In this document: one piece after another, positions 9,944-20,617 of the stretch
Layout: the number at the start of each line of letters is the position of its first letter
Numbering within the stretch: the first letter of the stretch is position 1
From: Amoebidium appalachense
Lineage: Eukaryota; Protista; Ichthyosporea
Reading direction: 5' to 3'
NCBI GenBank assembly: GCA_963693365.1
Contig: CAVNZM010000005.1
Location: 2,098,342-2,162,341 of the forward strand
DNA: 64,000 nucleotides
Program-made: the position numbers and the translations under genes
Notes under the pieces: model-generated
Database searches by the model: none
Told to the model about the DNA's origin: nothing
The model's input: only the letters and a program-made list of their open reading frames with translations

Positions 9944-12085
9944 ATGGCGAATATTCTGGAGGATCTGGACTTGGTGGAAAACATGGAGGACGAGGACACG
10001 GACAGCATGGAGGACGAGGGCACGGACAGCATGGAGGACGAGGACACGGACCCCTTCTCAGATGCGTATTTTGAATTCCTGGAAGCTGCAGGGGTTGTTG
10101 AGCCTGGCACGACGGTCGACGACTGGTTCTGCGCCGACCCGGCAGACATAAGTGCGCTCCGGACAGGTAGAAACTGGTGGCCGAACAAGCGCGCGGTTCA
10201 GGAGGCCGTGGACAACGGCACGGTGCAGCGGGCGATTGAGCGCCTGCAACAGCAGGGCCTGGAAATGCCCGAAGGACGGGGGATGGAAGACCTAATAATT
10301 GAAACGCTGGTGTTCATGCGCGTGGCCCGCCAGGCACTCTCCGAGTCTGGGATGGTGCGAAAGGTGTCAACCTTGTGGGGCGGGGAGCCTGAGAACCGCG
10401 ACCCCTACATACGCGAAAATCTGGAAGATCTGGTGAGCCCCGCCGTGCGCGAAGAGGTGAAGGCGGCCAAGCGCAATGGGGACGAGAATGCCATTCAAAA
10501 TATTATGGATGATCCGGAAATCCGCGCCCAGATCACAGACGCGCTGTGGTGCAGGGCTGCTCGCAGGGCCAATCGTCTCAAGCGCCTGGAAACAGCTCTG
10601 TACATGTCCGAGGGGCTCACCAAGAGAGAGTACATATTCAGGTACGCAGATGAGTTGTTTCCCTCGTACGCCGCGGCACGGATACGTGATATACCAATGG
10701 GTGATAACGAAGCATGGGAAAGGGCCGTCGAAACTGAAATGCTAGACGAAGCTGTGGTGGAGGAAGTCCGGAAGAAACTTATGAAACGCGCCACCAGTAT
10801 TGGCGGCAAATATGTCGGAATCTTCCAGTTGGCTCTCAACGAGATGATAGCAAGCCACGGTGGCGTCATTCCAAACATGCAACAACGTCCCCACAATGGC
10901 GATGTCGAAATGGCTGTAGAACCCGAAGCCCCGGATTCGGATTCGATGCCCCAGGCTCCATCTGGTAGCACTGCACCGGTGTCCGGGTCTGCCATGGATC
11001 TTTCGCACGCGGAGGGCGATGAAGATGATGCGAACATTTTCGAATGGACCGCACAAGGCCTTGTCAAACTATTTGCTACGTTGACCGCTGACTCTCCGCA
11101 CCAGGCGAATCGGCTTTGTTATGAGCACAAGTGGGAGCTTGTTGACAAGTTTGAGTTGTTCGCGCGCGGTGCGCTCGAGATCGCCAGACGACGTCAAATG
11201 AAAGAAGATTTGGGCAAAATGCTGAAGGCAGATTTGGACGCAGAAGAGGCAGACGCTAAAGACGAAGAGGACGAGGAGGACCGCGCGTTTGTGGTCCCTG
11301 ATGACGACCCGGAGGTGCAGCCACCAGACAACAATGCACCCGACACCCTTTCCGACGAGCTCCGCGACCTGAGGGCTGCGGTACAGATTGCACAACCCGA
11401 GACCAGGATCGAAGCCGTGAGGCAGGTTCTTGACTGGCTGGCGAGACAGCCGAACGGGGTGTACCACCCACCGCCGCCACGGATGCTGTTCCACAGGTTG
11501 CCGTCTCCATTGGACCTGTCAGACTGGCTCACCCGGACGATTTCTCCCATGGATGAAGAGGACATGAGGATCCCAGAAGGGGTTTACAACGCGCTGCAGA
11601 AGTGGATCAGGTACACGAAACTTAGACGCCTAGAAGCCCTGCGCGCAAATTTCAGACCGGCCCCGTCGACCGCGGAGTTAGAGGCATACGTAGAGAGAAT
11701 GTACAGGGCGATCAACGGCTTGCTCCCGGATCGCTTCCACAACCACACTAATGATTGGACGGGACGGTTTGATGCCTACCCCAGCGAAACAGCAGCCATC
11801 ATACTCCTTTCTGGGGCAGAACCCCGGGGGGATCCATTGGCGGCGGCAGACGGCGACCCCATATTTGCGAGGATGCTCATCATCGCCGCAGGGGTCCAGG
11901 GATTGCACGATGCAGGGGTTTTTCAGTTTACAGGTGTGGAGTCGCCGGTTAGACCGGTGGTTGAAGACTTGCCATTAGGACCGGCTGGCAATACCCGGTG
12001 GACGCGGTCTGGAACAACGCATGCCCTGAGGACCACCAAAAGGCAAAGGAGACAGCTCAGGCATTACAGGCCACCCGGGCAGTAA
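9944..12085 (+). CDS. Large acidic hypothetical protein (~713 aa)
   Basis: Long ORF, ATG 9944; N-terminal 24-bp tandem repeat x3 (MEDE[D/G]TD[S/P]). Confidence 0.7.
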   Translation: MANILEDLDLVENMEDEDTDSMEDEGTDSMEDEDTDPFSDAYFEFLEAAGVVEPGTTVDDWFCADPADISALRTGRNWWPNKRAVQEAVDNGTVQRAIERLQQQGLEMPEGRGMEDLIIETLVFMRVARQALSESGMVRKVSTLWGGEPENRDPYIRENLEDLVSPAVREEVKAAKRNGDENAIQNIMDDPEIRAQITDALWCRAARRANRLKRLETALYMSEGLTKREYIFRYADELFPSYAAARIRDIPMGDNEAWERAVETEMLDEAVVEEVRKKLMKRATSIGGKYVGIFQLALNEMIASHGGVIPNMQQRPHNGDVEMAVEPEAPDSDSMPQAPSGSTAPVSGSAMDLSHAEGDEDDANIFEWTAQGLVKLFATLTADSPHQANRLCYEHKWELVDKFELFARGALEIARRRQMKEDLGKMLKADLDAEEADAKDEEDEEDRAFVVPDDDPEVQPPDNNAPDTLSDELRDLRAAVQIAQPETRIEAVRQVLDWLARQPNGVYHPPPPRMLFHRLPSPLDLSDWLTRTISPMDEEDMRIPEGVYNALQKWIRYTKLRRLEALRANFRPAPSTAELEAYVERMYRAINGLLPDRFHNHTNDWTGRFDAYPSETAAIILLSGAEPRGDPLAAADGDPIFARMLIIAAGVQGLHDAGVFQFTGVESPVRPVVEDLPLGPAGNTRWTRSGTTHALRTTKRQRRQLRHYRPPGQ

Positions 12086-12136
12086 ACAAGCGAACACAAT
12101 CGAAGCCACCAAAGTTTTGGGGTGTTGAATCTATAG

Positions 12137-13642
12137 ATGGCACACGGGCGAGGGAGGGATGTAGTGGAAAGATTTCCCGTGAAGCCGCGCTGCTTTTTCA
12201 GGTTCGTAAAGAAAAATGCAGAACATTTTGTGGAAGAAACGCCGGTCTCCCCCAGCACTCAGACGTACGCATGGACACCGGAAAACGGTTGCCTCTCCCT
12301 CTCCCTGGAAAGCACAGAACCCGACACGATCCCGGTGTATCTTGCCTGTGTTAAACGTCTCCGGTTCGATGCGCAACAGGATGGCTACTCCGTGAATATC
12401 GAGTTCGAGAACCAAGATAGTCCTGGGATACGCACCTTCGACACAACTTACGATTCGGTTCGAAACTTCATGTTGGACAAGAGGGGCAATGCTTTCAAGG
12501 AGATCATGGTGAAGCACGCCCCATACCAGATCGAGGAGTACAAAAAGAGTACCATCCCTGGGAACCCAACACCCCCATATTTGCAGGAGGATTCGGTAGC
12601 AGACTTCTTGTTTGACAAACTGTACCGCGGGGCCCAACAAATTTCGGGGTCCATAAAAGATTTGATAGGGTTGGGGTCTGTGTGGACTTCGCCTGCAGTA
12701 GAGGGGAGAACCAATACTATAGTAATGCTACAGACATATCTTCCGAAGTCCACAATTTTCGCCCCCGGAGAATTGCTCCGTACACAACCCAACAACGAGT
12801 CAATGACTGTCCAGCAATCGTTTAGGAATCTCAGGAACGATGGCTTCATGACCACCATATCGATGCCTAAATGGAAGTTCTTTTTTAGGAACGAACTCGC
12901 GACAATGTTGTTCCAATGGCTGACTGACCCCCAACGGGTGCCCTACTTTATTATATACACAGGTGAAGTGCACCATGCTTCTGTCATCATACTCGTTTCA
13001 GGTGACAAGTCGAGTATAGTTCTGGAGTTCTTCAATGTCCATGCCCCGAGTAGCACGTTGACAAAAGCCCTTGTCTCATTCATGAGAAGCGCTGATCCCA
13101 CAGGCAAGCTGAAAGACATACTTCGATCCCTCAAACCCGAAAGTGTTTGCACTGATTTGCAAAATCTTCATGGAAAAAGGACATTGTACGACGAATTGTT
13201 TGACAGAGACGAGGTGGTCGATGGGGCCTGTGCGTCTTGGTTGAGTATTTACATACTGTTGCGGACTTCACAAGCCGACTGGTCGTCCATACCGGGTGCG
13301 GATGGGCACACCATAGGCGAGCGGATCTGCAACTTCATCAAGACGAAAATCGCAAGGGATGGGGGATTCCAAGCGGTTTATAAGGTCGGGGGGACGATCG
13401 CGATGTACGGAAAGCGCCTGGTCGAACTCTACGGGGCTAAGATGTATCAAACTGCGGATTGGTGGGCGCAAGACGGCGTCAATCAACAGGAGCGTTACCG
13501 AGAGGTCGTGGACATGGTGCTTTCCAAGAAAGTTCTCGTATTGACCGATGCCGAGCTCAAGGATGCAGGACTGCCAACACGCAAGGACGGCGAGCAGCTT
13601 GTGAACGAGGTCCGAGAACAAGCGGCGCGCCTCCTCCCCTGA
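12137..13642 (+). CDS. Putative clan-CE-like (Ulp1/I7/adenain-order) cysteine protease
   Basis: HASVIIL...LEFFN...LQ...DGACASW gives H-N-Q-C order, conserved in the paralog at 18445-19985. Confidence 0.55.
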   Translation: MAHGRGRDVVERFPVKPRCFFRFVKKNAEHFVEETPVSPSTQTYAWTPENGCLSLSLESTEPDTIPVYLACVKRLRFDAQQDGYSVNIEFENQDSPGIRTFDTTYDSVRNFMLDKRGNAFKEIMVKHAPYQIEEYKKSTIPGNPTPPYLQEDSVADFLFDKLYRGAQQISGSIKDLIGLGSVWTSPAVEGRTNTIVMLQTYLPKSTIFAPGELLRTQPNNESMTVQQSFRNLRNDGFMTTISMPKWKFFFRNELATMLFQWLTDPQRVPYFIIYTGEVHHASVIILVSGDKSSIVLEFFNVHAPSSTLTKALVSFMRSADPTGKLKDILRSLKPESVCTDLQNLHGKRTLYDELFDRDEVVDGACASWLSIYILLRTSQADWSSIPGADGHTIGERICNFIKTKIARDGGFQAVYKVGGTIAMYGKRLVELYGAKMYQTADWWAQDGVNQQERYREVVDMVLSKKVLVLTDAELKDAGLPTRKDGEQLVNEVREQAARLLP

Positions 13643-13684
13643 GGGCATCAAAAGGTCAAGAATTGAGGTGGATTGATCCCTGCC

Positions 13685-14050
13685 TCAGCGGAGGACCTCC
13701 CTTCTCAGCGCAGCGGCCAGCCGCGCGAGCCAGGCGGTGCGGTCGTCGCCCAGGCGTGTGGCAAAGTCGGCATAGGACATCTGTGCCGAGAACCATTGAC
13801 CCTTCTCCTCGTTCCAGTAGCGCAGGCCGTTGACATTGGAAACTTCCATGCGCGGGCACCGGCCACATTCGCCAAAACGGGCTGTGTCGGCCTCCCAGCC
13901 CGCGGCCAGGCGCTTGTCATAAAGCAGGGCGGCACAGGCGGGTGCGTCGCAGGGCGGGTCACGACCGAACACCGTGCGCACCGCATCTCGCAGCGCAAGC
14001 GCAAGCAGGGTGGTCACGCAGAGGGCCATGAGCAGGAGTACCAGCTGCAT
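13685..14050 (-). CDS. Signal-peptide/TM Cys-containing protein (121 aa)
   Basis: Hydrophobic N-terminus MQLVLLLMALCVTTLLALAL; several Cys. Confidence 0.6.
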   Translation of the reverse strand: MQLVLLLMALCVTTLLALALRDAVRTVFGRDPPCDAPACAALLYDKRLAAGWEADTARFGECGRCPRMEVSNVNGLRYWNEEKGQWFSAQMSYADFATRLGDDRTAWLARLAAALRREVLR

Positions 14051-14098
14051 TGTTACGTCACGGGCGCATTTTGTGCCGGCTTAATCTTCCTGTAGTGC

Positions 14099-14686
14099 AT
14101 GCACATCACGCACGGCGACCGCTTCGTCAGCCGCAACCTCGCGCTGCTCAGCTGCCCGGTGGAGTGGCCCGAGGACCTGGCCAACACGAGGCACACGGGC
14201 ATGGGCCTGCGGTGGCGGCGTGACGGCGACAAGGTCACCGCCATGCTCGGTGAGACACGCATGTACTGGAGGGCGCTGCCCGAGGCCAACGTCGTCACGT
14301 TCACCGATGACCCGGCTCAGGCGAGCTCTTTTGGGTTCAGCGACTGCCCGCTCCCGCAGCCCAACCACGTTCCCGACACGGGTCTGGCGGGCGTGCGGGT
14401 GCGTCTGCACGACAAAGACCTGCCGGCTCTCCCCCCACCTAGCGCACCGCCCCAGGGCCGCGTGGAGCTCGGCGTGGCCTTCTCCATCGGCGTGCTCGGC
14501 GTGGGGCCCCTGCCCATGCCCTCGTGGTTTGTGTCCTCGGTCGCAGACACGAGCCCCACCATGCAGTATGGGTTCCGCGGCGTCAACCTTGCGCTGTGCC
14601 TGCTGCACGTGTGGCGCGTGCGCGTGTGCGTGGACCTGTTCCCGTTCCCGGGCCTGACGCTTTTTCTGGCGCTGCTCGAGCTCTGA
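14099..14686 (+). CDS. Hypothetical protein (195 aa)
   Basis: ATG ORF, GC3-rich, tiles between neighbouring genes. Confidence 0.55.
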   Translation: MHITHGDRFVSRNLALLSCPVEWPEDLANTRHTGMGLRWRRDGDKVTAMLGETRMYWRALPEANVVTFTDDPAQASSFGFSDCPLPQPNHVPDTGLAGVRVRLHDKDLPALPPPSAPPQGRVELGVAFSIGVLGVGPLPMPSWFVSSVADTSPTMQYGFRGVNLALCLLHVWRVRVCVDLFPFPGLTLFLALLEL

Positions 14687-14706
14687 TATTTTGTAGCCAT
14701 CTATCA

Positions 14707-15098
14707 ATGCGTGCGCTGCTCCTGTGTCCCCCCCTGCTTGCACTGGTCCTTGCGGCCCCCGAGTGCCTGGTGTTTGCGAGCTCGGCAACCCTTGCGGCAA
14801 CCACCGCGCACGTGCCGCCCAGCTCCACTGCCGAAACAAAGACGTGGTGGGCGACCCTGACGCACGTGGAGACCGTTGCAGCACCACAGCCGCCGCTTCG
14901 ATTCAAACCATCGAAACCACCTCGGCCTCGGAAACTCCCACCGAAACGGACACCGACGTATTCGAGATCCCCACCTCCATCACTGAAGGCGACCCAACCG
15001 ACGAACCCATGCCCACGATGCCCGTGGACCCGCCCGCACCACCCGCCGGGGTGAACGCATCCAACTGGGAGTGCCGTTGCACGCTCATCAGACGTTAA
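14707..15098 (+). CDS. Secreted Thr/Pro-rich mucin-like protein, frameshifted near 14880
   Basis: The signal peptide MRALLLCPPLLALVLA is in one frame and the T/E/P-rich tail ending WECRC is in another. Confidence 0.5.
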
Positions 15099-15178
15099 TC
15101 ATTTCTCGGAAAACCAGAGTTGGCCTGTCCATTCTTTGTTTTGTTCAGCCACGCCAGCTTTTAATTTGCGCAAGAAGA

Positions 15179-15682
15179 ATGGACTTGTCAAATGCGATTG
15201 CCTTAATCATTCTAATGCTTACTATCGGTGTGTTGGCATGGGCATACATCAAGTACGAACCCAAACCTGCCCCTGGCAAAAACGACAGTACCCCTAAGCC
15301 TGGCCCCGGCAAAAACGACAGTACCCCTGCAGTCGCACGGACACAGTGGTATGCTTTCGACCAAGTAGGGGACCACAGCACGGACAACACGTTTAACGAC
15401 TGGCAAGACCCGGTGAACTATGGGTACACGTCGGCCAGTCAGTGCATTAACCGATGCCAATCAATGAGCGGATGCCAACAGGTGGGCTATTCGCCATGGC
15501 AGGATATGGACGGGAAGCGGCCAAAAGGCTATTGCTACATGAGAAAAGCAGTCAAGAAATGGCCGTTGGATGCGTGGTCAAACAAGTCCGGTGTGGCTGC
15601 ATCGGAATCGCAGGTCACGTATGTGATGGCCGCACAAGTGCCGGAGAGCGAGAAGCAACATGGCAAGCTGGTTGAGTTCTAG
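15179..15682 (+). CDS. Membrane-anchored PAN/Apple-domain protein
   Basis: N-terminal TM, a duplicated PKPxPGKNDST stalk, then SASQCINRCQSMSGCQQVGY...GYCYMRK (PAN_4-like Cys spacing). Confidence 0.65.
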   Translation: MDLSNAIALIILMLTIGVLAWAYIKYEPKPAPGKNDSTPKPGPGKNDSTPAVARTQWYAFDQVGDHSTDNTFNDWQDPVNYGYTSASQCINRCQSMSGCQQVGYSPWQDMDGKRPKGYCYMRKAVKKWPLDAWSNKSGVAASESQVTYVMAAQVPESEKQHGKLVEF

Positions 15683-15860
15683 CATGAATCAGATGAACAA
15701 ATGTAAGAAAGGCTGGCATTTCCATTGCCCCCTGGTTTGGGTGCACGCTGCTACAAAGATATTTGGCAACCTTGTTTTTCTTTGTCGTGTATATGGCCAA
15801 TTTGATGGCTGTTTGATCTTGTGTCTAGAGCTGGCTTCTTTTTTATTGTGCCCCAATGTA

Positions 15861-17219
15861 ATGTCGCATGCGCGCTCCCGCATCCTTGACGACATGGCGT
15901 CCCACATCGATTTCTCGGCAGCCGTGGCGCGCCGGGCAGCGTTCCCGCACGGGCCAGCCCTGCCCTCGGCCCCCCGCAGCGTGTCGGTGCCGAGCGAGGC
16001 GCCCCCGCGTGTCGAGCCCCCGCAGCCGCCGCAGGGCCAGTGGCGCTACCACTTCGTGACGGGCGGGTCCGAGTGCCGGCCGCTGCAGGTGGAGTTTCCC
16101 GCCACCCAGTCCGTGCACGGCATCCGTGTTGAGGGCATCAAGGCGCACAGCGTGTACGACGTGTGCGAGGGCGCCAACAAGCTCACGCTGTCGCTGTCGT
16201 ACCTGGACTCGCCCGACGGCCGGCCCCCGGGCATGTGGGTGAAGGCGTCCACCGACGTGTACCTGCCTGTGGGCAACTACACCCTGGACACCCTGTGCGC
16301 CGAACTCGAGATGCGTCTGGACGCCGCCATCGCCGCATGCTTCAACCCCAGCTACAGCCCCGAGGAGGTGGCGGACATTTTGGAGATGTACCCGGACACG
16401 CTGCCCTACTACGCCAGCGTCACACACACGGAGCGGTTGCGCCGGGACGCCGAGCGCAACGGCGAGGCGTGGACCAGGCACCAGGACTTTGTGTGCAAGA
16501 CGCGGTGGGCGCCACGCCGGCAGGGCCCGCGCGACGAGATCGCATTCGAGGCGCTGATGCTCGCGCAGCTGTACTACAGGGAGAACGCATGGGCGTGGCG
16601 TGAGCTGGCCAACGAGCGTGACACCCACGGGCGCATCCAGTGGCCGTTCCACAACACGCTGTACAACCTCATGACGCCCTCGAAGCTCGCGCTGCCCGGG
16701 CGACTGGTCATCAGCATCCACCACCGCAAGAACATGGACCCGGACACCATGAAGCACTGGCTGCCGTATGCGTCGGTGCCGACGTTCTCGCTTGACGTGT
16801 GCCGGGGGCTCGGGAGCGTGCTGGGAATGGCGGCCGGCGCGCACGTCAGCCACAGCCTGACAGCGGGGCTGCCTCCGCTGGCCCGCTACTTCGACGGGCG
16901 AGACCATGCGGCCGTGGAGGAGGGCGACCAGCAGCTGCCGTGCCAGGGTGACAACATCCAGTGCGTGTTTGGGACGGATGCACCCCTGGGCCCGCGGGGG
17001 GCGCTCATGGTGCACGTCATGCAGGGCGAGACGAACCTGCAGGGGCGCATCATGGCGCCGGGCGTGCAGGGGGCGGCGGGCGGGGCGGTGGACGACATGC
17101 TGGCGAGCCCGCAGATCTTGGGGACGCTGGACCACGTCGACACACTGCGGCTGGTGGTGGTGGACGAGACCGGGACAAGGGTGACTGGCTGTTTCTCGGC
17201 GCTGGTCGCGGTTAAATAA
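15861..17219 (+). CDS. Minor capsid/penton-like (single jelly-roll) protein
   Basis: VYDVCEGANKL ... LPVGNYTLDTLCAEL ... VDTLRLVVVDETG resembles NCLDV/Polinton penton-type motifs (PxGNY; LxxxDxxG). Confidence 0.55.
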   Translation: MSHARSRILDDMASHIDFSAAVARRAAFPHGPALPSAPRSVSVPSEAPPRVEPPQPPQGQWRYHFVTGGSECRPLQVEFPATQSVHGIRVEGIKAHSVYDVCEGANKLTLSLSYLDSPDGRPPGMWVKASTDVYLPVGNYTLDTLCAELEMRLDAAIAACFNPSYSPEEVADILEMYPDTLPYYASVTHTERLRRDAERNGEAWTRHQDFVCKTRWAPRRQGPRDEIAFEALMLAQLYYRENAWAWRELANERDTHGRIQWPFHNTLYNLMTPSKLALPGRLVISIHHRKNMDPDTMKHWLPYASVPTFSLDVCRGLGSVLGMAAGAHVSHSLTAGLPPLARYFDGRDHAAVEEGDQQLPCQGDNIQCVFGTDAPLGPRGALMVHVMQGETNLQGRIMAPGVQGAAGGAVDDMLASPQILGTLDHVDTLRLVVVDETGTRVTGCFSALVAVK

Positions 17220-17246
17220 AAGAGACTCCCAGATAATTCCTGACCT

Positions 17247-17762
17247 CTACCCGCCCATAGCCGCCCTGTCAGCGGGGCGTTCAACCTGTGGGAACCTAGG
17301 CACGAACGAGAAGGACTCGAATGTCGCGTACGCCGCACGGCGCGCCACAGCCATGCCGCAGTGACGCGCGCGCTCCTGGAACTGCTGGTAGCGGTCGGTG
17401 TACTGGGGATCGGACGACGTCTCCATGAGGAACACGCCAAACCTGTCCTCCTCCTCGTCACCGAAGAAGATGATGTTGACGACGACGGGGACCCCCTCGA
17501 GCCGCCCGACCATGAGCCAGTTGTAGTGCCCCCTCCCATGGATCATCCAGGGCTCCCGCGCCTGTGCGCTTTCGATCAAGAACAGAAACGACTCCTGCCC
17601 GGACAACACATCCTCGCACGGCAGTGTCAGCTGCAAGTAGAATATGTTCGGCTGGCCCAGCCGTGGTATCATTTCGGCCAAATCCGAGCCGCCGTCGATA
17701 AACACCTCGTGGTCGTAATCCGCGTCCCATCCCCATGTGGCCTGTGAAGTCCCGATTCCCAT
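17247..17762 (-). CDS. Putative myristoylated protein, weak lipocalin-like C-terminus
   Basis: Starts MGIGTS. PWMIHGRGHYNWLMVG ... RYQQFQERARHCG loosely resembles lipocalin motifs. Confidence 0.5.
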   Translation of the reverse strand: MGIGTSQATWGWDADYDHEVFIDGGSDLAEMIPRLGQPNIFYLQLTLPCEDVLSGQESFLFLIESAQAREPWMIHGRGHYNWLMVGRLEGVPVVVNIIFFGDEEEDRFGVFLMETSSDPQYTDRYQQFQERARHCGMAVARRAAYATFESFSFVPRFPQVERPADRAAMGG

Positions 17763-17840
17763 GCCTGTGCCAACAATATTCTTGTAAACGAGTTGGGCAG
17801 GGAAGCATAAAAGGGAATCCCCCAACCCCCCACCCTCACA

Positions 17841-18425
17841 ATGCGTGTGGCCGCCATCGACATCGGCTTCCTGAACCTGGTGGTGTGCGTGCTCAGCACG
17901 ACCGACGACCCGCGCACGCCCTTCATCATCCACACGTGGGACCGCTGGCTCGTGGGCAACCCGGACACCACGGCCACGGTGCTGGTCGAGCTGCTGCTGC
18001 GCCGGCTGCACGAGGACCGCGCGCTGTTCGCGGACGTCGACATGGTCGTCATCGAGCGCCAGATGGTCACCAAGCTGAGCGTGCTGGCGCACGCCCTGCA
18101 GGCGTACTTCCTCACCCTCAGATTGACCAATGGCCACGGGCCCGGCGTGGTGCTGCAGCACGGCACGCGCAAGAACCAGTGCGGGGCGTGGCTCGCCCGC
18201 CACGGAATGGCTCCTGCGGAGACGGGCAAGGCGGGGTATGCGGTGTACAAGCGGCGTGCGGTGGTCGACACGCAGCAAGCGCTCAAGCTGCAGAGTGAGC
18301 AGGGGTGGCGGGACAAGTTTGGGCGGGAGGGCAAGAAGGACGACATGGCGGATGCGCTGCTGCACGGTCTGTGGTACCTGTTCTGTCGGAATCAGAAGGG
18401 GGGGGTCACGCTGGAACTAAAATAA
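17841..18425 (+). CDS. A22R: Holliday junction resolvase, poxvirus A22/RuvC-like
   Basis: The catalytic motifs AIDIGFLNL, VVIERQ and KKDDMADALL are all intact. Confidence 0.9.
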   Translation: MRVAAIDIGFLNLVVCVLSTTDDPRTPFIIHTWDRWLVGNPDTTATVLVELLLRRLHEDRALFADVDMVVIERQMVTKLSVLAHALQAYFLTLRLTNGHGPGVVLQHGTRKNQCGAWLARHGMAPAETGKAGYAVYKRRAVVDTQQALKLQSEQGWRDKFGREGKKDDMADALLHGLWYLFCRNQKGGVTLELK

Positions 18426-18444
18426 AGGTGGCAATCGCCCCTGC

Positions 18445-19985
18445 TCATGCGAGCACACTTGCATTCGGAGTTGTCGCTGCTGCGTTCGCGATGTCTTCCA
18501 CAAGCCGCTCTCCATCCCTGCGCCTCGGCAGTCCTGCGGCTTCAAGCTCGGCATCGGTCAACACGACCGTTTTCTTGGTTATTACCTCTTGTATTACCTG
18601 TGTGTACCGTGGGTCATCAAGATTCGGCTGCACCACATATATGTCTGCTTCATGCATCTTAGCCCAGTAGAGTTCGGTCAGTTGCTTCCCGTACAGGGAC
18701 AGCACGGCCCCGATTTTGTAGACTGCCCGGAATCCTCTGTCCACCTTCAAGTTCCCAAGCTTTGTCGTTATATGATTGCAGACCCGTTCCCCAATGGTGT
18801 TTCCATTGCCCAGTTGGGAACCCCAGTCGAAGCTTGACGTGCGCAGGAGTATGTAGACCATCAACCAGGAGGCACATGCCGAGTCGTGTATTTCGTTTCT
18901 ATCGACAAGTCCCTCATACAAAACCCTTGCAACACGTTTCTGAAGGCTCTTACATACAGATTCGTGTTGGTAGGTGCGCAGAACTTTAGAGCTTTCAGTG
19001 TAACCGGCCCCCTCAAGGAACATACAGAGGGCGTCAGCGATTAGCCCTGCCGGGGCAGTCATGTTAAAGCACTCGACCACCTTGACTTGCGAATCGATAA
19101 TGATAACAGAAGCATGCCCTGGGCTCGACACGTACATTATATAGTAGCGCTCACGTTCTTGGTTTTTCAGCCATGAAGAGAGGTTCGACACAAATTCTTT
19201 CGGGCATCTGAAACCCCACTTTCCTGCTGACACCTTCCAAGTTGACATTAATTTTTACCATTGTCCGTCACAACACCGACTGCTGGTGTGGACTTGGGGA
19301 CAGCATCACTATTATGCTCTATTTTGAGGGATGTGCCAGGGGATGTGCCAGAAAAAAAACGAACAGATTTTGGTAGATAGGTTTGCAGCAGTACGAAGGT
19401 GTTGTCCCGAGACATAGAGCGACACCCTGCCACAGCCGGTGAGGCATCAATGGAGCCAACCCCAATCACCTCGGTCAGTGACTTCTGAAGATCAACGAGA
19501 CCGTTGTACCAGTCAAATAGAAGTGGCCACGTTTTTTGTATGTCCTCCATCATGTCCGAGGGCGTAGGTCTTCCAGGGACAACAGCCTGTTTGTACTTTT
19601 CGGCCACGTAGGGAGCACACTTCACCACAATCGACCCGAAACGGTGCTTCCGCTGGTCCACGAGAAGCCGGCTTTTTGAATCATACCTTACAGCAAACTT
19701 GTATTCCGTACCAGCTGTTTGACGCATACAAATAAACAACAATCTGTAGCCACCCAGCCCTGCTTCAAAAACCAGAGATGTAACACAGGTCAGACAGACT
19801 GGTTCGACATCATTTTGAGTGCTCCACAAGTTGATGGAGAGACAGACGTCCCCCATAGCCCACTTGTATGTCTGGGTGTTGCGGGGTTTCAGATGTGCGT
19901 CTTCCAACTTGAAATGTTGGGTATTGCGTTTGACAAACTTGAAGAAGCAGTAGGGCTTTACCGACAATGTCTGTGTTGAAGCCAT
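18445..19985 (-). pseudogene. Paralog of the 12137..13642 putative protease, split by a 1-bp frameshift at ~19250
   Basis: ORFs 19248..19985 and 18445..19248 match the N- and C-halves of the 501-aa protein (VKPxCFFxFVK; HASVII; ACASWLxxYILLRTS). Removing one A from the A5 run restores the frame. Confidence 0.75.
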
Positions 19986-20107
19986 CTACACAACAGCCAA
20001 ATTTTTCGACATCTGCGTGGTTCCCTGGGACAGTTTCGGATGGGTTCCCGCGCGGGGTGGGGGGGGGGGGATTGCGTCCATTCTGTGACCGATATATGCA
20101 AAAGAGT

Positions 20108-20518
20108 TTATATCCCTGCTGCACCGATGCCAGCAGGCTTGACGCAGCAGAAGTCCGGCGCGCACGGCATCGACGTGGCCCTGCGCCGCTTGCACCGCAG
20201 CACCCCGCCGGTCTTGGGGTCCGGTCGGTAGAGGTTGCAGCCCACAAACTGGTTGCACGGCACGAGCGACGGATTCTGCGGCACCACCGTGCGGCACAGC
20301 CACCCGCACCCCACCCCCGGCACCGGCACCTGCGAGCACACGGGCGCTGCGGTGGCCGTCTGCGCAACGAGCCGTGTGCATCTGGATGGTTGGGTGAGGG
20401 TGGGCGTCGGGGTGGTTGGCGCCGGCGTCGGGGGGGCCGTCACGGTCACGTAGCTGGTGGCGGCGGCGGCGGCGGCTTGTGCAAGTAGGGCAACGAGCAC
20501 GTACATTACCGTGTGCAT
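20108..20518 (-). CDS. Secreted Thr/Pro-stalked Cys-rich protein
   Basis: Signal peptide, TP-rich stalk, ten Cys. Confidence 0.6.
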   Translation of the reverse strand: MHTVMYVLVALLAQAAAAAATSYVTVTAPPTPAPTTPTPTLTQPSRCTRLVAQTATAAPVCSQVPVPGVGCGWLCRTVVPQNPSLVPCNQFVGCNLYRPDPKTGGVLRCKRRRATSMPCAPDFCCVKPAGIGAAGI

Positions 20519-20617
20519 GGATAATAGTTGTGGGCGCAGGGGTGTTCTTGTTTGTTGGGGGGTGGGGGGCGGGAGGTCCCAGAGCTGGTTGTGTTCTATT
20601 TATTGGGGCCTGCACAT

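Noticed and set aside
15843-18365. Long minus-strand ORF 15843..17135 and the N-terminal 200 aa of 17247..18365
   Set aside because: They are antisense shadows of GC3-rich real genes (penton-like and resolvase).
19244-19256. TAATG stop-start overlap as programmed reinitiation
   Set aside because: The paralog is a single ORF and deleting one A restores continuity, so a frameshift or sequencing error is simpler.
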